DNA of 60,812 bases, the filler included, from Hausera hauseri (Eukaryota), in the NCBI GenBank assembly GCA_046269625.1. It is 10 parts of 10 records of this genome, joined end to end, with 100 filler letters (N's around TTAATTAATTAA, not from the genome) between each part and the next. Parts side by side here need not be neighbours in the genome. Positions count along the whole stretch, not along the records: positions 1 to 9,633 come from JBJURY010325494.1; positions 9,734 to 15,749 come from JBJURY010152977.1; 8 more parts are not named here. One strand, written 5' to 3'. The position numbers were made by a program, and so were the translations under genes. Numbering within the stretch: position 1 is the first letter of the stretch; each line of letters begins with the position of its first letter. Below the pieces are notes generated by a model. That model was not told where the DNA came from. It saw only the letters and a program-made list of their open reading frames with translations, and made no database searches. This document shows positions 1 to 14,060 of this stretch, piece after piece.

Positions 1-650
1 AATGTTTAAAACCTGAAACCAATTAATATAGAAACATAAGAAGCTTATACAAACTAATGTTTATGGATCTTGTCAGGATAGTGACACCAGACAGTGGAGC
101 AAACAAATACATTAGCAGCGGAATATGACAAGCAAAAACAATATTGGCTGGATTGAACAACGTTTGGAAGTCACCAACACTACAACATTCAAAATGTATC
201 AGAACTGTATGATGTCGGTGCTGATGTATGGGGCAGTGCGTTGGAGAGAAAATTAAACGGAAATAAGAAACTTATCTTCATTTCACACAACTAACCTAAG
301 AAACATTCACAGCGTTCTGGCCATAGACCATTAGTGAATCATGAACTTATCGTCCGAAGAGGACTAACAGATCGATAAACAGTGATAAAAAAGACACTGG
401 AAATGGACTGGACATGTCCTCGGGAAGGATTCAGAGGACATCATCAGGATCGCAATGTGTTAGACACCAGAGGGAAAGAGATGAAGAGGAAAACCAAATA
501 AACCCTGGCAGTGGAAGCGGAACTGAACAACATGCAGCAAGGCTGGGACACAATACAGAGGCTGGCTGCAGACCGACAGAATTGGATAAAATTTATTGAG
601 TTTTCGATGATGGCTGGTGAACAGTATTTGTTCAACGATAGATGATAAGC
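1..650 (+). mobile_element. Decayed non-LTR retrotransposon (RTE-like) 3' fragment
   Basis: Broken frames give SVLMYG..W, FHTTNLRNI, GHVL.K, W.PEGK..RGKP..T, A.DR..W-like motifs typical of the RT C-terminus of RTE-clade LINEs, then a short (GAT)n-like tail. Confidence 0.65.
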
Positions 651-1099
651 TTGATATACATTCTTAGAAAAAAAAAACGTTACCTTCCCCCATGAACACT
701 TCCGTTAGAAACCAAAATACCACACCGCTCCAGTGCCTTTCCTGACCTATGGTCTCCATCCGTGTAACAGTGCGTATGACATATTTTGTCTGGCTTCTGG
801 GAAATATATGGTTTCCTGTAAATATGTCTCAAGCAAGGGGTTTATGCATCTATAAGGCTTGGTCTATGTATCATACATGTCATCTACAATATACAAACAA
901 TATGATCAAAATATATAGCCTTGATCATTATATTCAAAGGAAATGCCATATAAAATAATGTCAAAACTGCTCATGTTAAGAAACACCACATTTTCTCATA
1001 GTAATCAGTCACCATTAGGACTAGTTAGTTGTGACCATGTCTCTACTGTGGTCAGTCTCTTCTAGACCCACGTTATGCCGTATTTCAATTCTTTTGACG

Positions 1100-1560
1100 A
1101 CAACCTTAACCGGTGTAAGGGATTTGATTCTCCTTTAACTGTTCTGGACTCTTCCAGATTCTTTCACCCAGATTAACAATGAACCACTTCTCCCAAATGT
1201 CAGTGGTCCTCAAATTGGTGGATGATTGCTTAACCAGCTTTATTCCACCTTTAATCTACATGTATTGGATAAAGCTGCAGTTAGCAATCCACTTTATAAT
1301 GTGACAGCTCACTTTCCTGTAGGCGGACTCTCACTGGGTGTATAAAGGCACTTGACTAAATTCAGCGTACCTCAAAGCCTACACACAGTTTTCATTCCAC
1401 CATTGTCACCACCGATACCTATTCCCCCACTGTTTTCAACAAGTAAACAACCTTAATTCGCCACAAATATCCATTGCAGCCTTACAATAGGCTCATTCAT
1501 TTATCAGCAAATTCCATATCTGCCCTCACTTCCTTGGAACCCATTGCTCATCAACTCCAT
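1100..1560 (-). mobile_element. Possible decayed LINE ORF2 (endonuclease-RT linker) remnant
   Basis: Minus-strand translation WNLLINE*AYCKAAMDICG...QWWNENCV*AL resembles the W..L...AA...CG...WWN.EC linker of LINE ORF2; many stops. Confidence 0.35.
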
Positions 1561-4500
1561 CAAACCCAGTCTAGCCCTTTAGTTCACTATCTCCCTTTGC
1601 TTCATGCCCAAGGCCCCTCTGTCTCTTGACCTCTCATTAAACATCACTAGCCTGTCTGTATGTATGACCTACTTTCCCCCGGCTGTGGAAAATTTTTGTT
1701 TTGGATTTTGCTCATTGTATATGACACGTATACTGTTGTGGGTGAATGTTAGTTGTATGTTAAGGGTGTGTAGTAGCGCTATGTGAATGTGTATATGTGC
1801 TATTCATCTTGGCTAGCAGTGCAGTAATGTTCTTCTTTAGTTCACACTTTTCTGTTGAACTACTCTCTTTAAAATATTGCTTCTGTTTTCCATCAACGGA
1901 ACTTTGTGTCTCCCTTATTGTCTTTTCCTTTACCATTGGTTCTCCCTTATATCAAATTTTGAATACTTCCTTGCTAAGTCTATTTTTGCTCTTAAAAATG
2001 TTCCACTGCATATTTGGCTAATACTGTAACAATATGTTCTTTTAATGTATCCTCGTTCTTTGATTTATTTATCTTATTAATTTGCTTCTGTTGGTCAAAT
2101 TCAAATTTTCATGTTGTCCTTATTCGCTCCTCTTTTTCACTTGTGGGTTCGTCATGTATCCCAGCCTTGGGTTGTTTCTCGACTGGTTCTATGCTTATTT
2201 TAATCTTTTTCTCGTCCTGTCTTCCTTCACGATATTGTACTTTGTCCACCTGTTTTTGTTTCTACTTCCTCCTCTTAATTGCGGCTTTACGTTTCACTCT
2301 TGGTTCCTCATCACTTGACCCTTCAACGTCCTGATGAACAATCCACCATTTAACCCAGGTGGCATTTAAAATGTTAATATCTTCTTGAGCTTACATGTCA
2401 GTAATGTCTGTCTGTTGTTATTATTATTTATGTTGTCCTGTTGGCGTTCTTCAGTCACTTGTTCTATGCTTCTCAAGTTGATGCACAGTTAATTAAATAC
2501 TGTTCAATTTTATAATGAAGCCGGTATACAACTCAATGTTAATTATTACCTGTGTTGTTCACTAGATCAATTGTTCATTTATAGCTAAATTTGTCAATAT
2601 ACCAATGTCTAACATTTAGTTGCTTTATCCAACTGCACAAGTCACTATGCATCACGTTGACTAGGACTCGTTGTAATATGTAAATGTTCATGCACGTGGA
2701 GTGTTTCCCTATGTCTGTATCACTCAAAATGTCTTTTGATTATTCAGTTTAACTGTGACTACAAGTATACTCTGGCTATGGATTAAGTTTCTCAGTTACT
2801 TACATCGGAAGATTGTCCCCACAACAATATAAAACACACATAATGGCAAATACCATCTCTCAGTTTTCCTCCACCTGATTGGCAAATGCGCACTTCGTTG
2901 TTCTAACATCAACTTAATTCATTATACACCGCTGCCTGCGAGACAGCTCAAATTGAAACCCCGACTTGTCAACAAGCCTGCAGTGGTTCTAATCTTATGT
3001 TCAATAGTCAATGCGCCGCCCACTATAGTTTCTATGAATTAGCTGAAGGTTCATCACCGTGATTCTAAACCCTTAGTTAACTGTCTCTGGACTATCACTT
3101 CTTTAACCTCATTGGTAAGTTTGCGGTGGTTCTAAATATTTTAATTGTTAAAGCAGTCATTTCTAACAGCCATTAGCCACTACACTTCCCCTTCTAAGAC
3201 GCTATAGACCTCAGTTTCTCTGCTTACGATGAGTGGCATTGTTAACAATGGCTGCCGATGCTCTCCGGAGAAACAAACGTTCTATAATCAGCACATATGG
3301 CAACAAATGGGTCTTCTCTCAAAGGATGTCAACAGAGGGCTTGGCTTCTCACTGACCCAGAGATAGCAGATATACTAAAGTTGTGTTCTGCTCTATGCTC
3401 TCTTCAGCCCTCGGTAAGTGTGAGGTTCGTCTCTGCTGGCTAGGGAACAAGATTGCACTCCTCGACTCAGTGCGTGAAAAAGTGTCTTTATTGCTGATCT
3501 ACTGAGATTTTTACAGTGCCCAATGCCCATTACTGACTATTTTTCTACAACTTCCCACACGCACCTATCACGTGTTCATCATACAGTCAGGGCAACAAGT
3601 TTACTAATGTCAACTTTGACAATCTGGGAATGAATTCTCCAGCAATGTCCTCAGTTTCACACCAAGAATACTGTCATTTAGTGGCTAACTATTGGATTGG
3701 GTTGGCAGGTCTGCTGTAAACCTATCAGTCTAAATGTCTAGTGTGAATACTTTCTGCCAAAAACAGGGTCTCGGGGCTCTTTTTAGTATGCGTTGGCATG
3801 AAGCAAATGTATAAAACATGTACTACATGCACTCACATCTGCACCTAGACCCTGGGAAAGTCTAAGGGGTTTCATGCAATTTCACTAAAAGTCGCTATGT
3901 CTCTAAGTCATTTCTAACCTTTGTCTAGTCCATGTTACAGCGACTGCTTTCAAGTAATCCTAAATGTCTCTACATTAATTCTGTATTCTCGCTTGTCTTC
4001 CCAATTTGAGAATCACTGTTTGTGCTACACTGTATGAGGTAACCCCTTTTTAGTGTCATATATCGTAACATTTCACGTGCATGACCTGTGACTATCCCCA
4101 TTATCTCCTGCCTGGGCATGCTGCCATTTAATTCCTTCGTGGGATAGCTGCTTATCACGTGTTTTGTGTGAACGTTTTATTCCTTTACATTTTTAGTGCC
4201 TTGGTTATCCTATCATCATCATGTGGCGTGTCCTGTGGTGTATTCTGCCACAATACCCTAGAGACAAAGAAGATTCAGGTGACCAACAAATACCTGGAGA
4301 AAGACCCATGTCAAAGAAGTCAAAGAAACAAATGCAGCATGAGGCAGGAGAAAAATAAATGCACACTGGACCGTCTGAGATGAATATTTGCAGTGAATAC
4401 CTTATGTTCTGTNNNNNNNNNNNNNNNNNNNNNNNNNNNNNNNNNNNNNNNNNNNNNNNNNNNNNNNNNNNNNNNNNNNNNNNNNNNNNNNNNNNNNNNN

Positions 4501-5163
4501 NNNNNNNNNNNNNNNNNNNNNNNNNNNNNNNNNNNNNNNNNNNNNNNNNNNNNNNNNNNNNNNNTATTTCAGGGATAGTTGAGTCCTGAAATGACGCCAT
4601 CACCATGCTACCAGAACCAGCGGACCACAGACTACACTAGCTATACATGGGATCCAAGGTCGATGGCTGTTAACCTGATTCCCAGAGTGAATAATTTCCT
4701 TAATGTTTTCTTCTGTTGTTTAGTGTGTTCGTCTTCGTATCTACTTTTTTCGGTCTGTCGAATGCCCTGTCCAAAACAATAATATTTGTTTGTTTATTTC
4801 ACTGTTTGCTCACCGAAGAAGCCATACGACAGGCTATGTAACGATTAAGTTGATAACGTTAAAATATTCCTTTTAATTAGATAACTCGTTACAATTTGCA
4901 GGAATGTTCGTGTGCCGGGACCCAGATTTACTGCATGGACCTGGGACTGCCATTTTTTCCAACGTTATCAAATAGATCTTACGGCTTCACGAATTTGTTA
5001 CTTGACGTAAGATGTCCTTTTTTCCTACAATACAAACACTATATTTATGCTGTTTTTGCTGTTTTGCATTTATGAAGTCCGGTTTGTCGTTCAGCTACTG
5101 AGTTGAGTGCTTGGAGCGACACTGTGGCTGCGATTTTGTAATTAGTCTTTAACACTACACATA

Positions 5164-5600
5164 ATGAAGAAGGTCCTAAATTTATATAATGCCTATACTG
5201 TTTATGGAAGTGAGTCGTGGACAACGAATAAGCAAATACAAAAGCATCTAGAAGTCGCAGAGATGTGTCTCCTGAGACGAATGTTAAAAATATGGACAAA
5301 GAAAAAGCCAAATAGATATGTATTGAAAGACGCTAATGCGAACAGAAGAATAATTTCAGATATAAGAAAACGACTATCAAAATTGTTCGGACATGTAACG
5401 AGAAAAGGGGGAGGGGGTTGTAGAATTTAATAACAACGGACACAACAGATGGGAAGAGAGCCACAGGAAGACAGGGGCAGAAAACTGTAGATCGATTGAC
5501 AACATGGCATGGTTAAGAAAAAAACATCGACAGGTTTGTTATCGAGCACAAGAAATAGAGAGATGATCGCCAAACCCATTAGGCAGGGTACATCATGTTG
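5164..5600 (+). mobile_element. RTE-like LINE 3' fragment
   Basis: YGSESWT...LEVAEMCLLRRMLKI.W...IRKRLSKLFGHVTRK, typical RTE RT C-terminal domain. Confidence 0.65.
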
Positions 5601-5659
5601 ATGATCTTTGCGTCTATGTCCTCCAACTGATCGAGCAATGCAGTTGCGAAAATTATAAT

Positions 5660-5800
5660 GCTGAACGATTGTTAACTTTGTATTATTCCATACTGTTTTT
5701 AATAGTTTTTCGAAAGTTGTGGCCGCCTTACCAATTGGTATGCTCATTTCCTCGTCGATATATGACATTGCTTTTATAATGGAGCCTAAGTAATTATTGA
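5660..5800 (-). mobile_element. RTE/BovB-like LINE fragment
   Basis: YLGS...IDEEMSIPIGKAATTFEKLLKTVWNNTKLT matches the ID.E...RI.KA...F..L...VW motif of RTE RT. Confidence 0.5.
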
Positions 5801-6376
5801 TAAACCTATTACAATCAAACTAAAGCCACTTTACTGGTTTTTAGCAGGATACGCACTGATACATACCATTTTAGCTGTCTTTAGTAGGATATACACTGAT
5901 ATGAAAGCCAGTGTACTTGTCTTTAGGATATAAAGAGTTGCGTGGAGATGTGTCATTGCTGTCCGAGACTCTACCAGTGGTAACGAACACTGACTGCTTT
6001 TGTGGATCGCTGTCGAAGAAACGAATATGCATTTGCCTCTTCATTGGATATTGTAACAACATGGAATATGTATATATGACATTAGAATTATGATGGAAAC
6101 GTCAGAAAGGAAAAGATGAGAAAATATAATAACACATTCAGCTGTAGAGGTGTATGTGGAGTTACTGTCCTCATTTTATTTCTTGACCAGCGGTACATTT
6201 TAAAATTATAATAATGTTATTCTCGTTGCCTTAGTAATATTGTTGATTCTAAGTTTGTTTGTTATGCTTTTATAAACACAGCCCCTCTAAAATGTTAAGA
6301 CTAGATTCGATTATGACTATGTGTTCGCTAATTCTTTTATTTTAACATTCATTTTAACTGTTGTTATTCTCAACAG

Positions 6377-7634
6377 ACGAACCACATCACTGCAGTTCCT
6401 GGAAATTGCTGTCCACTAAATCTGACAGACATTTCCTTTGCAAACAATCCAATTTCAGTTGTAGATGATACAGCTTTTGAAGGATCGACATCATCATTGG
6501 AATCATTGACGTTTTCAGGTGCTAGTTTCACTCGCATCCCTAACGCTTTTCTTGGCTTAACATCGCTTAAATACTTATCAATCACCGATACCAAGATTCT
6601 AGATTGGAACGTTGACGCCTTCACAAATGTCGGAAAAACTTTACTTCGACTTGATCTTGAAAATGTGAACTTAAGGGAGTGGCCAGTTTGGATTCAAAAC
6701 TTCACTCTGCTCAGAGAATTAAATTTGGACTATACAAATATCTCGTCTATTCCTGATGGCGCATTTGATTTGATGGTCAGTAATCTTCAAGGCTTGTCAA
6801 TCAGTAACGACGATTTAACAACTGATCCAAAAGCGATTTTCAAACTTTCAGCTTTGGAGTCTCTACATTTGGAAAACAATAAAATTAAAAATGTAACATA
6901 CGTTCCAAAATTAAGCAAACTATCAACGCTATCGTTAGAAAATAACAAAATATCAGATGCCGAGGAGCTGAGCAATGTGCTGCAAACATTTGCTGATTCG
7001 TTACTTTCTTTGGAAATCGAAAACAATCAACTTCCTGTTATTCCTAATTTGTCATTTTTATCAAAAATAGGAGGCTTAAATTTTAAACACAACCTAATTT
7101 CCAATCCGTATTTAGGATCTATACCAAATGTATATGACTTTGATTTAAGCTACAATCTACTACCTTCTATTCCCAGACTTTGTTCCCAGCTTCTGTCGAT
7201 GACGTCTTTGATTATTCCTTTTAATCGAGTAACAAGGATTCAAGCATCGGACTTTCATTCGGACATCGGCGAAATTAATCTAGGAAACAATCTTCTGACT
7301 GAGCTAACAGATGACAGTTTTCCGCTCAACTCTAGTATTTACGCCATATACTTCAACAACAATCCTATTACAAAAATCTCCCCTCAAGCTTTGAAAAATC
7401 TTCACCGGCTCCTCACGTTAGATCTACACGGAACAAAACTAACCCGGCTCCCATTACAACTGGGGTCTCTGGTCAGTTTATATAGCCTTGACTTAAGCGA
7501 TTCAGCTTACCTGGTATGTACATGTGTAGAGAAGGAGTTGGGGTCGTGGATCACCGCCCTGCAAGAGGTTAAGGGGAACTGTGGGATAATAAGCATATAT
7601 AACTTCTTTGCAAATTTCAGTTCAGCTTGTCCTG
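6377..7634 (+). CDS. Large internal exon of an extracellular leucine-rich-repeat protein (LRR array + LRRCT-like cap)
   Basis: Uninterrupted frame with many LxxLxLxxNxIxx repeats ending in CTC...W...C...CP. Polypyrimidine + CAG acceptor ends at 6376 (in frame with ORF 6497); GTAAG donor at 7635. Confidence 0.88.
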
Positions 7635-8300
7635 GTAAGGTATAGTAGTCATAAGTGTACAGGGGATCTTGGCATCCGGGGTAAGTGATACTTGCAAGTA
7701 ATTACTAGGAGAAACTTCCCCCTCCTAAATTAAGCAATTATAGTAAAGACTAGTTATTGTTCATGTTTTGATGAGACTGGAGACAATCTATCATATATTA
7801 GAACAGCCTGGGATTCTATCATCACTATCACCTTTCCCCTACCACACGTAGACTTTTTGGGAACACTGAAAGATTCATTGACGACTTCCCTGGATTTGTT
7901 TCTTTTCCGTGCTGCGTTACGTGATGCTCTGGATGTTGACATCACCATGTTCTGCAATTATGTATTAACGCCCTCTTTTCCTCCGCGAACACAGCAATTA
8001 TGTATTCGCTATCTCCATTCTCTTGAGCGCAAAACAATTCTGTATGAAATTCTGTCTTGCTCCTGCAAGGAGATTATCTCTTTGTCCCTTTTATGGAAAG
8101 AAATAGCTCACCTTCTTTTTTACAACACGGTCTGCAAAGTCTTCGACATTATGGAATGAGTGGGCGGCTTCACCGCATTTCTGTGAACACAAACTTGTAT
8201 AAATTAACTATCTACAGATAATCTGTATTCTTAATGAAGAACCCTCCAAAGATTTAGCTTGTTATTATGGATTTTTTTGGGAGGGTGTGTGGGGGGGGGG

Positions 8301-8375
8301 AGATCCTCAGTGGTCTTGAGTAAGATGTCCGCCTTAAGTGCTAGGGGTACCGGGTTCAAATCCTGGTGGAAGCAC
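8301..8375 (+). mobile_element. tRNA-derived SINE head (Pol III A/B boxes)
   Basis: A-box-like TGGTCTTGAGTAAG and B-box GGTTCAAATCC with tRNA-like spacing; too degenerate for a functional tRNA. Confidence 0.5.
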
Positions 8376-9633
8376 TTGTGATTTTTTTCTCCTGGATCTT
8401 CTAGTAAAAAACAAAAAATCACATGATCTTTGACTAGTGAGATCGGACGTCCGTGTACATTGTCGTGCACATTAAAAATCGTTTGGCAGTTGAAAATCGA
8501 TAAAGAGTTGATGATGGACAACGTCGATTCTAGGAAGATGCAGTAAAAGAAAGAGGATGCTATAGAAAAAAAAAAAATTGACAAAGCAACAATGGCTAAA
8601 CAGTAATGGAGCCAAATGTATTCTTTCTGGATTAAAAAAGAAGTCTGATACGAAATCAAAGACTTACTTGGACAGCCAGCCAGATGGCGAGCGCTTCAGT
8701 GGTTGCTTGAATTTGAATAGAAGCATATTTGGGAATATCCTTAATGGTGTATTTTTTGTTACATTTTCACATAAAGACTGTCAGCTAACGTTGTTACTTA
8801 ATTTGTTTTTTTTTTTGTAAGAAACACTTTGTATATAGAAGTATTATATTATTTCATTTGTGTCTATCAGTTACGTTTTTGTTAACTCTGCGTTTGTAAC
8901 TGTGTCTGTGTCACCGTTGTGTAATTCTATCAGTCTCGTCGCGTGGTAAGGGTAGAGAGTTCGTAAAGTTGGTAAACTTATTCAAGAAATTTTATTGCTA
9001 CGGAAACGGAAGCAAGAAGAACCACAACAGGCTGACATGACAAATCAGATGAAACAGTGGGAAACAGCGACGCCTATGGACAGGGCAAAGACATGATTAC
9101 TTGGCAGTTTCCTTTAAGCCTTACACGCCACATGGCATGAAAGAGGTTCATGATGATAATGCTTTTTAATGTTTTCCAGAGCTGTTTGAGTTCCCCCTGA
9201 CAAAGAGGCTTGCTGTTTGGGCTCCAAACTGTGGAATGTGTGACGAGGAATTGAACAGGTGTAAAACTGTACTGTCGATATCAGATTTTTCACGGAAATA
9301 AATAAAATTAGAAATCCAGCCCCTAGTCCCTGAGAAGGTGAAACCGAACATCAAATGTCTATCAGAGACGGGCGATAAACTCGGAGATCCCGAGTGACAG
9401 TTCCGCTTGTCAAAGCTCATTTTGAGTTTTAAACTCGAGAAGCCGTTACCATGGTTACATTTCAGTGATCAAATTCCCACCAGAAACATTTGACTTTTTA
9501 TTTCAGTTCTATTTTTTTCCTTTTCTCCCTAGCATCTTTTACCTTATCTACATTCGTCTATTATTGTGCACTAACTCTCCATCTCAGCTTTATTTCTTCC
9601 TCTCACTTCCTTTTACACTATGTAATTCTCTAT

Positions 9634-9733
9634 NNNNNNNNNNNNNNNNNNNNNNNNNNNNNNNNNNNNNNNNNNNNTTAATTAATTAANNNNNNNNNNN
9701 NNNNNNNNNNNNNNNNNNNNNNNNNNNNNNNNN
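9634..9733. other. Artificial contig spacer
   Basis: 44 N + TTAATTAATTAA (stops in all six frames) + 44 N. Confidence 0.97.
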
Positions 9734-10219
9734 TTCTTTTTAAAGTTTCAATTGTATCATTTTTGTGTCTGAGGTCTATTTGAGCATCTGACAACTGTGA
9801 TTTGAGATTTTCCAATTTAACATTCAAAGAAGCAACTTATCGATCGGTCGGAGAATTTCCGAATTCCGTTCTTAATTAATCAAAAAGTTTATCAGATGAT
9901 GATTTGACTTCGAGTCTAGATATTTGTTCAATTAATTTATTCGTTTTCCTAACTCATCCTGAGAAGCTTTGATTTGTTCTTGTAGTTTGAACAGATGCAA
10001 ACGCTCGTTCGGGGACGGTAATTTTGCATAGGATGCTCGGCTACCTGTGTTTAACAGGAAACAAACCAAGATTCAGTGGTGCTCGCTCCTTCGACGAATC
10101 TTGGAAAATTTTCGAGGCGGGAAATCGGGCCCAACTATGAATCCGAAGCGACGGAAACGGACGCCTGGCTGCGTCCGACCAAATAGACCAGAGGGCACCG
10201 GCCACTGCGGGCACCACAT

Positions 10220-12746
10220 AGCTTCTGGCCAACGTAATGAACGATCCATCATGGTCAAAATGAACTGATGACCGTTTTCAGGAGGAAGGAGTGGCTTCAA
10301 ATGTTTGGTGATTTTAAATTTCTGGCAAGCCATGCATTCCTTAATCCACGCTTGCGCATCAGAACGCATTGACGGCCAAATTACCTGTGGGTGGAGTAAA
10401 CGAAAAGTGGCCTTAGCGCCAGGGTGGTGTAGCGAATGCACACTGTTAAACGCTTGCCGTTGTAAAGGTGGTGCGAAAATTATTACTGATTGATCTGGTT
10501 TGGAAGTGTCTAAAGCCACGCCGTCAACAATTGTGCAAGACTTAAAAGAATTAAGCATGTCCTGAGGTGGCTGGTAATGTTGAAGTTGTACTTGATAGAA
10601 GATTGGTGAAAAATTAATCGAACCAACCGTCCTAGATAAAAAATCGGCAAACAAATTATTAACCCCGTTAATATGTTTTATGTCAAAGTTAAATGTTGAC
10701 AAATATAATATCTGTCGTTTTTGGCGTGAGGAAAGATGTTTCATAGCCATGATGTTTAGCAAGGGCTTGTGATCGGTCTGTATGGTAAAATGGTGAGCAA
10801 CAAGAAGGTGGGAGAAATGCTTTAAAGCGAGAACGATGGCCAATAATTCTTGACCGAACGTTGAATACCTAGTTTCAGGGAATGTTAGCTTAAGAGAAAA
10901 AAATTCTGGCGGTTGATATTTTCTTTTGTGGACTTAATGAAGCACAGCACCTACCGCAGTTGTTAAAGCGTCTGTAGTAAGGATGAGTTTCGCATCAGGC
11001 TTAGGGAAAGCGAGAATGTCGACGGTCTTAATTCCTTCGCGTAGCTTATCAAACTTATCAACCAGTTCAGGTGTCCACTGAAATTGGCTTACGTTTTTTG
11101 CCGCCGCTTAAGTGTGCAAATGGTGCCTTACGTTCAGAGCAGTACGGCACATACTTATGAACGAAGTGCAAAGTTCCCAAAAAGCTTCTCATTTCTGTTG
11201 TTGTTCGAGGTAGCTACACCTTTTTATGGCTTCAACTCAATCGGGCTGAGGAGAGTGACCTTCAGCAGAAATAATGTAACTATGGAAATTTATACGCTTC
11301 TGGGAAAAGTAAAATTTGGCAGAATTGACCTGCAGATTATGCTGGTGTGAACGTCGCAAGATTGATCTGAGATGTTCCTCATTTTGTTGGTTCAAAGAGA
11401 AAACAACTAATATGTCATAAATATATGGGTGAGCATATGGAAAATGAGAAAGGATAGCATCAATGTGGCGTTGAAAAGTCTGTGCGGCATTCCATAGGCC
11501 GAAAAGCATGTACAGATATTTGTAAAGGCCAAAAGGAGCAGTTACGGCTGTTTTTAGATATGATCTGGTGCCACCGGAATTTGGTGGTAGGCTTTGAATA
11601 AACCAATGGTAGAATAAATTGTGATATTGTTAAGACGGTGTAAAATATCCTTAATGAGTGGTAGCGAACATGCATCCATTATTGTCAAAGTGTTCAACTG
11701 ACAATAATTGCTACATGGTCGAAAAGTTCCGTTTTTCTTTTGCACGACATGTAATGGTGATGACCATGGGGATTTAGAGCGACGTACAATGCCGAAACGT
11801 TCGAGTTCTAGAAATTCGGCTTTAACCACCTGTCTACGAGGAGGAGATAATGGACGCACTTTTTAGCGGATAGATCTTTGACGTTGTGTGACAATGTGGT
11901 GAAAAGTGGTAATTGCTGGAGTAAAGACTTCTCTTTTTTAATTATTCTAGAACAGGTTACGTTAATGAATTGCTGAAGACTTGCAGGTAATTGTAAAAAG
12001 TTTGGTGGGAGCGAGGTGGTTTTATCCGTAACTGATGCAATTTGGACGTTATTTGGTGTTCTAAAATGAAGTGGTATTCGATTCAGGATGGTAGTACTGA
12101 AGATGGTAGTATAGATTGTATTTTATCTAATGATTCGGCAGTGGTAACAGAATCACTTTCATCACCGTGCAAACTCCAATCGCCAGTAATATTGTTCATC
12201 AGTAATTTATAAAATATGGTACAATGATTGTAAGAAAAAGGTTTGTTCAACGGTTTTTTAATATCGGCTTTCGAGTAATATTCACCTGTACGACAGCCGA
12301 AATGGTATTGGCGTGATCAATTTGCTCCTTATTGCAACCACTTGTTAAGCAACGTTGCTTGCAATTGACAAGTAGATTATAGTGCGAAAGAAAGTCGGAT
12401 CCTAAAATGGCTGTCTGGACGTTTACAACGGTAAATGTCCAGTGAAACATTGAAGTAAATTTCGGAAGGGTAAAAGAAAGCCTGCATGTACCGGAAACGT
12501 GTAGCGGTTGTCCAGAAGCGGTAAATAGAAGTTTATTTTTGGATGAAGTGTGTTGAGTTGAAAAGTGAGCGGCAGTAAGGACATCGCTGCACCTGAATAG
12601 ACGAGGAAATCTATATGGCGGAATGTTGATAACGTAGTTACTGCTTTTACTGTAAATACGGTGAATGATAGTTTTTGGCTGGTAGAAACTGAAGAATGGC
12701 CTTCACCAAGACTCGTCGTAAGCTCTGGCGGCGGAATTAATTTTTT
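10220..12746 (-). pseudogene. pol: pol pseudogene (PR, RT, RNase H, 5' integrase)
   Basis: ORF fragments 12247-12450, 11554-11859, 11237-11509 and 10073-10843 with frameshifts. Integrase lacks the VHVDIVGP segment seen in the 35-kb copy and runs into unrelated sequence at ~10220. Confidence 0.9.
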
Positions 12747-14060
12747 GGCAGTGGTGAACTTGGGCGGCTGTTAGAAGACAAGACAGTATGTCCGACGTTC
12801 GTATGCTGTGTGCTGCTTCTAAAGGTACAACCAGGAATACACTTATGCGCCTCATTCTTAAATTTTGAGTGGTAGATGCACATAGGTTTGTTAACTTGAT
12901 ACTTTTGACTGTACAAGCGGCACCCGAGATGATATTTTTGTGATTTACGAGCAAACCTATCATGGTAGAAACAGATCAGCGATCGCGCAGGAGACGGTGA
13001 CCGACCTCTGGATACAGACCGTGTGCGATCGGAGGTGGAACTCTTTCGTTGAGACAAAGAGATTTTATTTAAACTATCATTGATATTGTTTATTGTATTA
13101 TGTAGGACTGCGTTTTCAGTACGCAACTGTTGAATTTGATATTCTAGTGTGTTGTCGTTTGCTGTAAGTGATGCAGAAATGATATGCTGTTTGTTTAGGT
13201 GTAAGACCTCGTAATTTTTTGCCTGCAAGTTCGGCTCAATTATCCAGCGCCGTCGATTCCTCGACGATGGTAAGCAGAGCCCTGATCTGAATCGGTAATG
13301 CATTTAGAAAGTAACGCCGTAATAGATAGGAATTATTTTGTTTTGCAACGCCGAGTGTTTGCAGTTGAGTGAGAGAGGTTCTGAGAAAATCGGATAATTT
13401 TTGTGTACCCATAGCATTATCATTGAAGAATCTATGGATTATGGAATCCATAGACAGTTCCTTGAGTTTCAAAACGGCATTATAAAGATTGGTGTACGGG
13501 TCGGAGTGTTGATAGATGTCTAAGATATCGTGAAGAGAAGTTTTTACTGTGTTTGGTAAGAGGCAAAGTAAACTATGAGCTTTGGCAGATGGATCAATAA
13601 TGTTGTTAGACTGCAACCAGAGTTTGTGAAAGTTAAGCCAGGTTTTGCTGGACTTTTCATGATCAGTAAAGTACTTGCATTAAGAACAAGTGTGTTTGGA
13701 TGGCGAATGGAAGGTGCATAAGCGGTGAAAGTAGATGGCATGGTTACGGTCGTTGATTTTTGGTGAAAGTGAAAGGTGATGGTTTAGAGGTAGTTTTGTC
13801 AGTTGTGTCAATGGTGGGCGAAAATTCTATGCCACCATAAATACGAATGTGTACGCGAATAACGACATAACGGGGTGAAGGAACAAAAAGGTTGCGGAAA
13901 TTGGCATTAATTACAGGTAGGTTGTTGTAAGTCAGGTAAAAATCAGAAATATTAGTGAAGCGTAGTAAGTAATTGTGCAAGTAATATACGTCAATAAAAT
14001 ACGTTGCATTGTGAGTAATTGGCAATTATTAAGGAAGAATAAAACGGAAAGTGCCAGCGT
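12737..14060 (-). pseudogene. gag: gag pseudogene with N-terminal ubiquitin-like domain
   Basis: FYLTYNN...IRVHIRIYGG (ends 13831), capsid-like MGTQKLSDFLR..YFLNALPIQIR, knuckles CFYH.. and CIYHSKFKNEAHKCIPGC, ends KN*. Confidence 0.8.

Larger units (their letters stand above)
10220..14060 (-). mobile_element. Decayed Ty3/Gypsy LTR retrotransposon, CsRn1-type (UBL-gag-pol, integrase truncated)
   Basis: UBL-gag with Cx2Hx9Cx3C knuckles, protease FLVYSGA..ILGSDFL, RT SPWSSPLHVV..YIYD, RNase H TDHKPL, integrase HH-CC; PR-RT-RH-IN order. Confidence 0.92.

Noticed and set aside
4205-4606. ORFs spanning the N gap
   Set aside because: Open only because Ns contain no stop codons.
8301-8375. Functional tRNA gene
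   Set aside because: A/B boxes present but stems are degenerate; better explained as a SINE head.
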